From an uncultured Desulfosarcina sp. (lineage in GTDB: Bacteria; Desulfobacterota; Desulfobacteria; Desulfobacterales; Desulfosarcinaceae), in the NCBI GenBank assembly GCA_963674945.2, contig CAXXWQ010000004.1, positions 864,001 to 928,000 of the forward strand: 64,000 nucleotides of DNA, written 5' to 3'. Below are positions 42,001 to 51,258 of this stretch, piece after piece. Every line of letters begins with the position of its first letter. Position 1 is the first letter of the stretch. Below the pieces are notes generated by a model. It searched no databases and was not told the DNA's origin. It worked only from the letters and a program-made list of their open reading frames with translations. The translations under genes and the position numbers were made by a program.

Positions 42001-42855
42001 ATGATCATCAGCATAGCAAGTGGAAAAGGGGGGACGGGAAAGACGACTGTGGCCACCAATCTGGCCGTATCTCTCGGATCCGGTGTTCAGCTTCTGGACT
42101 GCGATGTCGAAGAACCAAACGCCCATCTCTTTATCCGTCCTTTGATTGAAGAAATTAAGATCATAACCACGCCTGTGCCCGAAGTGGACATGGATAAATG
42201 CACCCTTTGTAAGAAATGCACCGAGATCTGCCAGTTTAAGGCCATTGTGGTTCTTGGTGACACCGTTTTGCCTTTTCACGAACTCTGCCACAGTTGTGGA
42301 GGATGCATGGAGGTTTGCCCCGAGAAGGCCATTAGCGAGGTGGGTCGTGAACTGGGGTTGATCGAGTGCGGGCATAGGGATGGCCTGGAATTCGTGCACG
42401 GTAGGTTAAGGGTCGGAGAGGCCATGTCGCCCCCTCTTATCAGGGCGGTCAGGGATTTTACACGACTGGGGGGCCTGACCATCATTGATGCCCCACCCGG
42501 AACATCGTGTCCCGTGATCGCTTCCATGAAAGGGTCGGACTTCGTTCTTCTGGTCACTGAACCAACTCCTTTCGGCCTCCACGACCTCAAACTGGCTGTC
42601 GGTGCCACTAGAATGCTCGGGATTCCCTACGGTCTGGTCATTAACTGCTCGGATATAGGCGATGATCAGGTAAGCATCTATGCCCGAACGGAAGATATCC
42701 CCGTGCTCATGGAGATCCCCTTCGATCGGCGGATTGCGGAGACCTACTCAAGAGGTCGGATGATCGTGGAGGTGATGCCCGAGTGGAAGATGAAATTTCA
42801 GCAACTTTACCATCGTATTGAAGAAATAGCAGGTTCGAAAGGGTCAATGGCATGA
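42001..42855 (+). CDS. MinD/CbiA-type P-loop ATPase with inserted 4Fe-4S ferredoxin domain
   Basis: SGKGGTGKTT, DCDVEEPN, CTLCKKC...C, CHSCGGC...CP, DAPPGTSCP. Confidence 0.9.
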   Translation: MIISIASGKGGTGKTTVATNLAVSLGSGVQLLDCDVEEPNAHLFIRPLIEEIKIITTPVPEVDMDKCTLCKKCTEICQFKAIVVLGDTVLPFHELCHSCGGCMEVCPEKAISEVGRELGLIECGHRDGLEFVHGRLRVGEAMSPPLIRAVRDFTRLGGLTIIDAPPGTSCPVIASMKGSDFVLLVTEPTPFGLHDLKLAVGATRMLGIPYGLVINCSDIGDDQVSIYARTEDIPVLMEIPFDRRIAETYSRGRMIVEVMPEWKMKFQQLYHRIEEIAGSKGSMA

Positions 42856-43718
42856 AGGAACTGGTTGTCATAAGTGGCAAGGGTGGAACAGGGAAAACGA
42901 GTATATTGGCCGCCTTCGCTTCCCTGGCAAAGGGCAAGGTGCTTTGTGACGCGGATGTGGACGCGGCGGACCTTCATTTGATTATGAACCCGCAGATCAT
43001 CGAGCGCTATGATTTTGAGTCCGGTCATACCGCTATCATTAATCAGGAGAAATGCACCCGATGTGATCTTTGTCGAGATTTGTGCAGGTGGAACGCCATT
43101 AGCGATGATTTTGTGGTGGATTCCATCGCCTGTGAAGGTTGTGGTGTATGTCACTATTTCTGCCCTGAAGAAGCGATTGACTTTCCCCTGAGCACCTGCG
43201 GAGAATGGTTCATTTCCGAAACCCGTTTTGGCCCCATGGCACACGCCAGGTTGGGAATTGCTGAAGAAAACTCGGGCAAACTCGTAGTCCTTATCCGGCA
43301 GATAGGCAAGAAGCTTGCGGAAGAAAAAAACTTTAATTTGCTTCTCACTGACGGTCCTCCGGGGATCGGCTGTCCGGTGATCGCGTCGCTTGGCGGAGCC
43401 ACAGCGGTCCTAATCGTGACCGAACCCACGGTTTCCGGTAGGCACGACATGGAGCGAGTAGCCGAACTGGCCGCTTTTTTCAAAGTCCCTAGCATGGTCT
43501 GTGTCAATAAATTTGATCTCAATCCCGACCAGGGACAGGCTATTGAAGACTTTGCCCGAGAGAGACAGATAAGGGTGATGGGTCGAATTCCATTTGATCC
43601 CGTTTTTACAAGGGCGATGGTACAAGCGAAGACTATTTTCGAATATGACGGGCATTCTGCGGCTGCCGGGGCGGTCAAAAAGATTTGGGAAGATCTGGCA
43701 CACCATCTTGACATATAG
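42852..43718 (+). CDS. Second MinD/CbiA-type P-loop ATPase with 4Fe-4S domain
   Basis: SGKGGTGKTS, DADVDAADL, CTRCDLC, CEGCGVC...CP, EENSGKLV, DGPPGIGCP. Confidence 0.9.
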   Translation: MKELVVISGKGGTGKTSILAAFASLAKGKVLCDADVDAADLHLIMNPQIIERYDFESGHTAIINQEKCTRCDLCRDLCRWNAISDDFVVDSIACEGCGVCHYFCPEEAIDFPLSTCGEWFISETRFGPMAHARLGIAEENSGKLVVLIRQIGKKLAEEKNFNLLLTDGPPGIGCPVIASLGGATAVLIVTEPTVSGRHDMERVAELAAFFKVPSMVCVNKFDLNPDQGQAIEDFARERQIRVMGRIPFDPVFTRAMVQAKTIFEYDGHSAAAGAVKKIWEDLAHHLDI

Positions 43719-43781
43719 AATAATCGGGATTTTTCCTGTTTACCCAAGATAAAAATATCATTCACAAAGGAGATAAAAGCC

Positions 43782-44251
43782 ATGATCGAAATTAAAAAAA
43801 TACTACTCCCATGTGATTTGACGACAAATGCATCAAAAATTATTCCCTATGTGCTGTCTGTTGCTGAAAAATATAACAGCACGATTATCTACTTCATGTA
43901 GTAGAAGATCTTCATGGACTGGCCACTTACCCCTATCCTGGTTTGGGAAATGATCAAAAAATACATGAAAAAGCTGCTGAAAAAACCTTGCTGAAAAAAG
44001 TTGAAAAAATGTGTGATGAAGTATGTAATGAACATTTTCAGGGCTGTTTGAACATCAGAAAAATAATTGTTACAGGCCATCCGGTTGCTGAAATTCTAAA
44101 AGTGATTGAATCTGAAGATATTGATCTGATCATTATGGGCACGCATGGCCGAAGTAAAATGGAGCATGTGATTTTTGGGAGTGTAGCAGAAAATGTCGTC
44201 AAAAAATCACCTGTTCCCGTACTCACTATTAATCCTTACAAACTTAAATAG
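43782..44251 (+). pseudogene. Universal stress protein (UspA family) with a 1-nt frameshift
   Basis: AAGGAG RBS; MIEIKKILLPCDL...NSTI, continuing one base out of frame near 43887 as LLHVVEDL...DLIIMGTHGRS...GSVAENVVKKSPVPVLTI. Confidence 0.85.
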
Positions 44252-44424
44252 TGTCCATCCATAAATGGCTAATTTGCCCGATATCGGCGTTGCGCGAAAA
44301 ATTTAATCCTCGGAATATCAACCATATGCCTCCGGTTAAATTTTTCGCACGCCTTCCGTCTTCGCCTGAAGGCTACGCCGAGACACGTGATCTCGACCAA
44401 ATTCTCCTATTTCTGGATGGACAC
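44251..44424. mobile_element. MITE/REPIN-like hairpin element with nested insert
   Basis: Terminal inverted repeats GTGTCCATCCA...TGGATGGACAC (imperfect over ~36 bp); inner GCGAAAAATTTAA/TTAAATTTTTCGC; TAAATA direct repeat on both flanks. Confidence 0.75.
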
Positions 44425-44473
44425 TAAATAATCCAGTTCCCTTCATCTACCAAAAAAAACATCGGGAGATAGG

Positions 44474-45223
44474 ATGATGAAATTGACCCTATTGCGGCAC
44501 GGTGAAAGCGTATGGAATAGGGAAAACCGTTTTTCGGGGTGGACGGACGTCGATCTTTCCAGCCATGGCAGGATCGAAGCTCAAGAAGCCGGCAAGACGC
44601 TCAAATCCGAAGGCTACTGCTTCGATATCGCCTATACCTCAGTGCTCAAGCGCGCCATACGCACACTTTGGATTGTGCTGGATGAACTTGACCAAATGTG
44701 GATTCCTGTCGAGCGTTCGTGGCGGCTGAATGAGCGGCACTATGGTGCCCTGCAAGGCTTGAACAAGGCCGAGACCGCAAAGCGCTTTGGAGACGAACAG
44801 GTACTCCTTTGGCGAAGAAGCTATGATATCAAGCCCCCGGCCTTGGAGAAAACGGATGAACGATATCCGGTCCATGATCCGCGTTATCGGGAATTGGATG
44901 ATCGCGATTTACCGCTAACAGAGTGTCTAAAAGACACAGTCGAGCGCTTCTTGCTCTATTGGCACGCATTTATTGCACCTAACGTCAAAGTGGGAAAAAG
45001 AGCGATTATCGTAGCTCACGGCAACAGCCTACGGGCACTGGTGAAGTATCTCGATAATGTTTCAGACGAAGAGATTGTAGCATTGAATATTCCTACCGGA
45101 ATACCGTTGGTATATGAGTTGGATAAGGAGCTGCGGCCTATCAAACATTACTATTTGGGGGATGCAGAATATGTAGAGCAGGCAACGAAGGCTGTAGCGG
45201 ACCAGGGCAAGCTCGATAGATAG
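44474..45223 (+). CDS. gpmA: 2,3-BPG-dependent phosphoglycerate mutase
   Basis: [35 protein letters not shown]. Confidence 0.96.
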   Translation: MMKLTLLRHGESVWNRENRFSGWTDVDLSSHGRIEAQEAGKTLKSEGYCFDIAYTSVLKRAIRTLWIVLDELDQMWIPVERSWRLNERHYGALQGLNKAETAKRFGDEQVLLWRRSYDIKPPALEKTDERYPVHDPRYRELDDRDLPLTECLKDTVERFLLYWHAFIAPNVKVGKRAIIVAHGNSLRALVKYLDNVSDEEIVALNIPTGIPLVYELDKELRPIKHYYLGDAEYVEQATKAVADQGKLDR

Positions 45224-45304
45224 GTAAGGTCAGCCAACAAGGTGGATGCAGACGACGGCAAATTAGCGGTCGCTATCGTTCGCAGCAGAAAGGAGGTGAT
45301 TCAT

Positions 45305-45445
45305 ATGCCAAATAAAGATGGAACCGGACCAAAAGGTCAGGGACCGAAAGACGGTCATGGTAAAGGTAAGGGCCAGGGCAAGGGCCTTGGTCAAGGTTCG
45401 ATGACTGGCGGAAAGAAAGGAATTAAGAAAGAAACCAAAAAGTAA
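45305..45445 (+). CDS. Small Gly/Lys-rich protein (DUF5320-like N-terminus)
   Basis: AGGAGGTG RBS; MPNKDGTGPKGQGPKDGHGKG... Confidence 0.7.
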   Translation: MPNKDGTGPKGQGPKDGHGKGKGQGKGLGQGSMTGGKKGIKKETKK

Positions 45446-45474
45446 GCCAGGTTTAAGAACGAGAATTGAGGGCT

Positions 45475-45580
45475 TGCGGACAATCGCATCAGCGCCAACC
45501 AAAAAGGCCGGGGCTAACATTATTGCTGGTTTTCATGTCATGTGGTCCGGCCTTTTTTGGCTGGTTATGCGGCGTTACTG
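45475..45580 (+). repeat. attC-like imperfect hairpin (degenerate)
   Basis: gACAATCGCATCAGCGCCAACCAAAAAGGCCGG ... CCGGCCTTTTTTGGCTGGTTATGCGGCGTTA, with an extrahelical C and a GTT end. Confidence 0.45.
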
Positions 45581-45594
45581 TATGAAGCAACAAA

Positions 45595-45745
45595 GATGGC
45601 TTCGTAAAAAGTCCAATATCTGCGTTGCGCTGCATCCTTCGGAATTTCACGTACTTCCATGTACGCTGTATTCCTCAGGATTTGCGCGCCTTGATCTTGA
45701 ACTTTTTACTTTGCCATCCAAATTTCGACTTTTTACGAGTTCATC
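45595..45745. mobile_element. Second MITE/REPIN-like element
   Basis: Inverted ends GATGGCTTCGTAAAAAGTC / GACTTTTTACGAGTTCATC; inner ACTTTTTACTTTGCCATC; shares the ATATCnGCGTTGCGC...CGCCTT..GATCT core with the element at 44251. Confidence 0.7.
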
Positions 45746-45769
45746 AATAAAAGAGAAGGGGAATTACCC

Positions 45770-46792
45770 ATGAACAGCGATAAACTCAGATCAGTAGCAA
45801 AAGCCATCGTCTCGAAACAGAAGGGCGTGCTGGCGGCGGACGAAAGCAATCCCACGATCAAGAAGCGCTTCGATTCAATCGAAGTCGAATCCACCGAAGA
45901 AAATCGCCGGCGGTACCGCGAAATCCTTTTTACAACCGAAGGGATTGAACGCTATGTCGGAGGTGTGATTCTCTTCGACGAAACGCTGCGCCAAAGCACC
46001 CGAGATGGCACTCCCTTTGCCGAGTTACTGTCGAGCCGGGGGATTGTACCGGGTATCAAGGTGGACAAAGGCGCTAAAGCGCTGGCATTGTACCCTGAAG
46101 AAAAAATCGCCGAGGGGCTTGACGGCCTTCGCGAGCGGCTCGTCGAGTACAAACAGATGGGGGCTAAGTTCGCGAAGTGGCGGGCGGTTATTGATATCAA
46201 CGAGCGCGATGTTCCTACCGCGTTCGGTATTCGTGCGAATGCCCACGCATTGGCGCGTTACGCCGCGCTCTGCCAAGAAATGGATATCGTGCCGATCGTA
46301 GAGCCGGAAGTGCTCATGGATGGTGCCCACGACATCGAACGCTGCGAAGCTGTCACATCCAGGGTTCTCGATGCCGTGTTCACCGAGCTTGATGCCCATC
46401 GCGTGCTGTTCGAGGGTATGTTGCTAAAGCCGAATATGGTTATTGGGGGCATGAAATGCGCGCGTCAGGAAAGTGTGCAGCGGGTTGCCGAGGCCACGAT
46501 TCGTTGCATGATCCGCTATGTGCCGGCGGCTGTCCCTGGAATCGTATTCCTCTCCGGTGGGCAGAGCGCGGAAGACGCCACTGACCACCTGAACGCTATA
46601 AACATAATGGGCCCACATCCGTGGCAAGTCAGTTTCTCTTATGGACGTGCGCTGCAAGCACCGGTGCTTGCCACCTGGAAAGGTCAGGAAAGCAATATGG
46701 CTGCCGCTCAGAAAACGTTATTAAAACGCTGTCGCTTAAACGGTCTAGCTCGCGACGGAAAGTATGCTCGGGCAATGGAAATTGATGGATAA
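45770..46792 (+). CDS. fba: Class I fructose-bisphosphate aldolase
   Basis: KGVLAADES, PGIKVDKG, FAKWRAV, VPIVEPEVL, LLKPNM (Schiff-base Lys), FLSGGQS, SFSYGRALQ. Confidence 0.95.
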   Translation: MNSDKLRSVAKAIVSKQKGVLAADESNPTIKKRFDSIEVESTEENRRRYREILFTTEGIERYVGGVILFDETLRQSTRDGTPFAELLSSRGIVPGIKVDKGAKALALYPEEKIAEGLDGLRERLVEYKQMGAKFAKWRAVIDINERDVPTAFGIRANAHALARYAALCQEMDIVPIVEPEVLMDGAHDIERCEAVTSRVLDAVFTELDAHRVLFEGMLLKPNMVIGGMKCARQESVQRVAEATIRCMIRYVPAAVPGIVFLSGGQSAEDATDHLNAINIMGPHPWQVSFSYGRALQAPVLATWKGQESNMAAAQKTLLKRCRLNGLARDGKYARAMEIDG

Positions 46793-46863
46793 TCAGCATG
46801 ATTTGAAAAGAAGTTAAACTTGAATGGTCATGAATATTCATCATAAGACGAAAGGCGAAACGT

Positions 46864-47265
46864 ATGAAAACAAACATGGGGTTATGGATAGATCATCGCA
46901 AGGCGGTGATTGTGGCAGTTTCGGGCGAGGGGGAGGAATCAAGCGTTATCGAATCAAAGGCGGAAAAACAGCCCGGACGGTTTGACGGGGTACGTTCGAC
47001 TACCCCCTATGAAGCTCAGAAGGTTCAAGCCGATGGCAGACAGGATATAAAATTCGCCGACAAACTCAACATCTACTACGATGAGGTCATTTCGGTTCTT
47101 CGTGACGCCGAATCCATTTTTCTTTTTGGTCCTGGAGAGGCAAAAGGTGAGCTGAAAAAACGTTTAGAAGATGACCATCTCGGTAACCTCATCCAAGCTG
47201 TGGAAACTGTTGATAAGATGACGGATCGCCAGATTGCAGCGAAAGTCCGGGAGTATTTTAACTAA
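46864..47265 (+). CDS. eRF1/host-attachment-like small protein, copy 2
   Basis: 14 amino-acid differences in 133 from 29371..29772 (counted by eye). Confidence 0.75.
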   Translation: MKTNMGLWIDHRKAVIVAVSGEGEESSVIESKAEKQPGRFDGVRSTTPYEAQKVQADGRQDIKFADKLNIYYDEVISVLRDAESIFLFGPGEAKGELKKRLEDDHLGNLIQAVETVDKMTDRQIAAKVREYFN

Positions 47266-47362
47266 AACTGCCATCAGCTATTCACGCATCTGAAGCGGCC
47301 ACGAACTCGTTTTCAGCTTTGGGATGTCCAAGGAATTCAAAAATACAGGAGGACAGGAAACC

Positions 47363-48784
47363 ATGCGACTATACCTGATCAACCCATCCAATCCGCTTGT
47401 CAGCATCGCCAAAGCCAGAAAGAACCGCTGGAGCCGGTACCGTGTGTGGAAACCGCTTAGCCTGATGGTTCTTGCCGGACTGACGCCTTCGCAGTGGGAG
47501 ATCTGCATTGTGGACGAGAACCTTGGCGTGCCGGACTATACTTCCATGCCTCGGCCGGACCTGGTGGGCATTACCGCTTTTACTTCTCAAGCAAACCGCG
47601 CCTATGAAGTATCCAATCTCTTCCGGCGATTGGGCGTGCCGGTGGTGATGGGCGGCATTCACGCCACAATGTGTCTGGAAGAAGCAATGGCGCGTGTGGG
47701 CACGGTCGTCACCGGGGAAGCGGAGGGCATCTGGCCGCGGGTCATTGAGGATGCGATGCGCGGTTGCTTGAAACGCAGGTATGACGGCGGGCTGGCCGAG
47801 ATCAGCGATGTCCCGTTGGCCCGTCATGATTTGTTGCCCTCGGGTTATGCTTTCGGAGCCGTGCAGACCACGCGCGGCTGTCCATTGAACTGCAATTTTT
47901 GCAGCGTGACGGCCTTCAATGGGGCTCACTACCGTCAGCGACCCATTGCCGATGTTGTGCGCGAATTCCAGTCCATCCGTGAAAAACATGTGCTGGTGGT
48001 GGACGACAACCTCGTGGGCACGCGTCCTGAACACATCGACCGCGCCAAGGATCTGTTTCGGGCCCTGGCACGGGCGAACCTTGGAAAGAAATGGGTTGCC
48101 CAGGCCTCCATCAATTTCGCCGATGACGAAGAGCTGCTAACGCTGGCCGAAAAGGCCGGTTGCAGCGGTGTTTTCATCGGATTTGAAACCCCATCGCCGG
48201 AAGGACTGAGGGAGCTCGGCAAGAAATTCAATCTTATGAAGGGACGCGATTTTCCAGCCTCGGTGCGGCGTATCCAACGGCACCACATGCTGGTCGTTGG
48301 TTCCTTTATCATCGGTTTGGATATTGATAAACCGGGCATCGGCAAACATATCGCCACGACGGCCCGCCGGTTCGGTGTGGATAATCTCAATACGCTGTTT
48401 CTGACCCCTCTGCCCGGCACGCGTCTGTGGGGCCGGATGAAATCTCAGGACCGCATCAGCCTGAATACGTTCCCCGCAGACTGGAAATATTACACCCTGA
48501 CCTTTCCGGTGGTCCGATATAAGCATCTGTCTCTGGACGGTATTATCGAAGAGATGAGCGCCTGCGACCGAAACTTCTACTCCCTACCGCGAATTCTCGG
48601 CAGGGTGTGGCGCAACTTGCGGCAACGACGAGAGCCGCTGATCAGCCTGGTGGGCAACCTTTCATATCGGAGAAATTTGCATACGAACAAAAAATTATAT
48701 GTGGAATTCACATCGGCCGTAAAAGCACAGGCCGTCGAATCGGCACACGGCTTTTTACATTCGCAAAACAGAGTACTTACTTAG
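47363..48784 (+). CDS. B12-binding radical SAM protein
   Basis: AGGAGG RBS; VVMGGIHAT, GEAE; TRGCPLNCNFC (CxxxCxxC); LTPLPGT. Confidence 0.92.
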   Translation: MRLYLINPSNPLVSIAKARKNRWSRYRVWKPLSLMVLAGLTPSQWEICIVDENLGVPDYTSMPRPDLVGITAFTSQANRAYEVSNLFRRLGVPVVMGGIHATMCLEEAMARVGTVVTGEAEGIWPRVIEDAMRGCLKRRYDGGLAEISDVPLARHDLLPSGYAFGAVQTTRGCPLNCNFCSVTAFNGAHYRQRPIADVVREFQSIREKHVLVVDDNLVGTRPEHIDRAKDLFRALARANLGKKWVAQASINFADDEELLTLAEKAGCSGVFIGFETPSPEGLRELGKKFNLMKGRDFPASVRRIQRHHMLVVGSFIIGLDIDKPGIGKHIATTARRFGVDNLNTLFLTPLPGTRLWGRMKSQDRISLNTFPADWKYYTLTFPVVRYKHLSLDGIIEEMSACDRNFYSLPRILGRVWRNLRQRREPLISLVGNLSYRRNLHTNKKLYVEFTSAVKAQAVESAHGFLHSQNRVLT

Positions 48785-48849
48785 ATGCAAAATTCAAGGA
48801 GACAAAATTTGCCGCTTTGTGAAAAGACGCGCGACCTATACAAAAAAAT

Positions 48850-51135
48850 ATGGAAAATATTCAGATGCTTTCCAATTCCCGTCAAATTGTAAATGAGCTC
48901 AACAACACAGCGCAATTAGAGGAAGCACTATCGCTGGTCGTGCGACGGTCTAAATCGTCCATGGATGCGGATGCCTGTTCCGTCTATATGATTGATACAC
49001 AATCCGACAAGTATCTTTTGATGGCAACGGATGGGGCGATCTGCGCCGCTACTGACAAGGCACGTATAAACCGCGAGGAGGGATTGGTGGGCTGGATCGT
49101 TACGCATGAAGAAGCCATCAACCTGTCCAATGGTGCCGATCATCCCGGTTTTAAGCATATTCCGGAGAGCGGAGATGAACCCTTTCACGGTTTTATGGGT
49201 GCGCCCATCATTCATCATGGCCGCGTGTTGGGCGTCATGGTGGCCCGGAAGTTTGAGCGGCGACGTTTTGACAATGACGAGGCGGCATTTTTTACTACTC
49301 TGGCAACCCAGCTAGGCGGTGCCATCGGTCATCTTTTAACGAAATGGGATTTCAGTAGACGGCTCAACGGGCCATCGATTGGAAGAATGGTTATAAAGGG
49401 CGTGCCCTGTGCGCCGGGTGTGGCCATCGGCCATCTGGTCCCGGCACAACCCGTGGATCTGCAATCAACACCCGACCGCAGCGCACCGGATATCGAGACG
49501 GAGGAGAAGGCTTTCCAGGTTGCTGTTTCGGCAGCCAAACAAGACCTTCGCGCAAGCAGCGAACGCATGGGTGCCTACCTGCCCGCCGAAGTACTATCTC
49601 TATTTGATGCTTACGCAATGCTGCTTGAGTCCGACCGGCTGAATGCAGGGACGGTTGCACGGATTCGAAACGGGCAATGGGCGCGCGGCGCTTTAAGGGA
49701 TACCATTTTAGAACTTACCCACGTTTTCGAGCAGATGGATGATCCATATATTGCTGCACGTGCCGAAGATATTCGCAACATCGGCCGGCACATTCTGATC
49801 CAATTACAGGGATCCGCACCTACATCCGGAGAGTATCCAAAGCAGTGCATTCTTGCGGGCATTGAGCTCAGTTTAGCTGAAATTTCCAACGTACCGCGGG
49901 AACGGCTGGCCGGTATCATTTGTATGAAAGGAACAGCCTTATCCCATACCGCGATCATTTGCCGTGCCTTGGGTATTCCCGCCGTCATGGGGCTGACCGA
50001 TCTTGCCATGGGCTATTTGGAGGCGTGTGAAATCGCCGTTGACGGCAACCGAGGGGTCGTGTGCATCAACCCTTTGCCTGCGGATATCAATGAGTTTCAA
50101 CAACGCATGCAAGAAGAACAAGTCATATCGGCGCAACTGGAAACCCTTCGCGATCTGCCCGCCGAAACCTTGGATGGTGTATCGCTTCCTTTGTATGTCA
50201 ATCTGGGCATCGGCACCGATGATGTGATTCCAGGTATCGCGGAATATGAGGGTATAGGCCTTTATCGCACCGAGTTCTTCTTTATCGCGCGCAACACGCT
50301 GCCCACAGAAGACGAACAATATCGTCTTTACCGCAATTTACTCAAATCCTTAGCACCGAAACCGGTGACCATTCGTACCCTTGATGCCGGCGGCGACAAG
50401 GCGCTGCCTTTTTTTACCATTGCTGAAACCAATCCTTTTCTGGGTTGGCGCGGGATTCGTTTCACCCTCGATCATCCCGAGATATTTCTGACTCAGTTGC
50501 GGGCGCTGTTGCGGGCCAATGCCGGGTTGAATAACTTGCAGATCCTTTTACCCATGATCAGCAGGATCAGCGAAGTCGATGATACTTTGGGGCTATTGGA
50601 GCGCGCCTATTTGGATCTCACGGCGGAGGGCCTTGCCGCTTCAAAACCGCAACTCGGCGCCATGATCGAAGTGCCTTCGGCAGTCTATCTAATCAGCGCG
50701 CTGTCAAAGCGTGTAAATTTCTTCTCAATCGGGACCAATGATTTAACCCAGTATCTCCTCGCCGTGGACAGAAACAATCCTCGGGTTCAGGGTTTCTATG
50801 ACAATTTGCACACTGCCGTTATTCATGTCATCCAGGATATCGTTCAAAGCGCCCATCTTGAAAACAGGCCGGTGGGCGTATGCGGCGAAATGGCAGGGGA
50901 TCCGGCTTCCGCGCTTCTGCTTTTGGGCATGGGGGTCGACTCGCTTAGCATGAACCCATCCAGCCTTCCGAGGGTTAAATGGACCATCCGCAGTTTCACC
51001 ATGGAGCAAGCGCGCGGGCTTGCCGATAAAGCGTTGAAAATCGAAAATGAAGCGCATACCCACCAGTTGCTTGACGATGCATTGCGAGCAACAGGCCTTG
51101 GTGCGCTTGCCGGCATAAAACCCAGAGACGAATAA
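48850..51135 (+). CDS. ptsP: GAF-domain PTS enzyme I (EI-Ntr)
   Basis: N-terminal GAF; LSHTAII phospho-His; GIGLYRTEF, NPFLGWRGIR, SIGTNDL, VCGEMAGD. Confidence 0.93.
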   Translation: MENIQMLSNSRQIVNELNNTAQLEEALSLVVRRSKSSMDADACSVYMIDTQSDKYLLMATDGAICAATDKARINREEGLVGWIVTHEEAINLSNGADHPGFKHIPESGDEPFHGFMGAPIIHHGRVLGVMVARKFERRRFDNDEAAFFTTLATQLGGAIGHLLTKWDFSRRLNGPSIGRMVIKGVPCAPGVAIGHLVPAQPVDLQSTPDRSAPDIETEEKAFQVAVSAAKQDLRASSERMGAYLPAEVLSLFDAYAMLLESDRLNAGTVARIRNGQWARGALRDTILELTHVFEQMDDPYIAARAEDIRNIGRHILIQLQGSAPTSGEYPKQCILAGIELSLAEISNVPRERLAGIICMKGTALSHTAIICRALGIPAVMGLTDLAMGYLEACEIAVDGNRGVVCINPLPADINEFQQRMQEEQVISAQLETLRDLPAETLDGVSLPLYVNLGIGTDDVIPGIAEYEGIGLYRTEFFFIARNTLPTEDEQYRLYRNLLKSLAPKPVTIRTLDAGGDKALPFFTIAETNPFLGWRGIRFTLDHPEIFLTQLRALLRANAGLNNLQILLPMISRISEVDDTLGLLERAYLDLTAEGLAASKPQLGAMIEVPSAVYLISALSKRVNFFSIGTNDLTQYLLAVDRNNPRVQGFYDNLHTAVIHVIQDIVQSAHLENRPVGVCGEMAGDPASALLLLGMGVDSLSMNPSSLPRVKWTIRSFTMEQARGLADKALKIENEAHTHQLLDDALRATGLGALAGIKPRDE

Positions 51136-51258
51136 ACAAAACAGCGAACTCAAAAAGGGGTCATATTCGGCCACTTGGGTAAAGGTTACTTTATTTATAT
51201 GCCCGTTAATGTCCGATCTGAAAGTACTTTTGAAACTAATTTTAGGAGTGACCAGTCC

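Noticed and set aside
45474..45773. 99-aa ORF upstream of fba
   Set aside because: It runs through the attC-like hairpin and the repeat element, so it is probably spurious.
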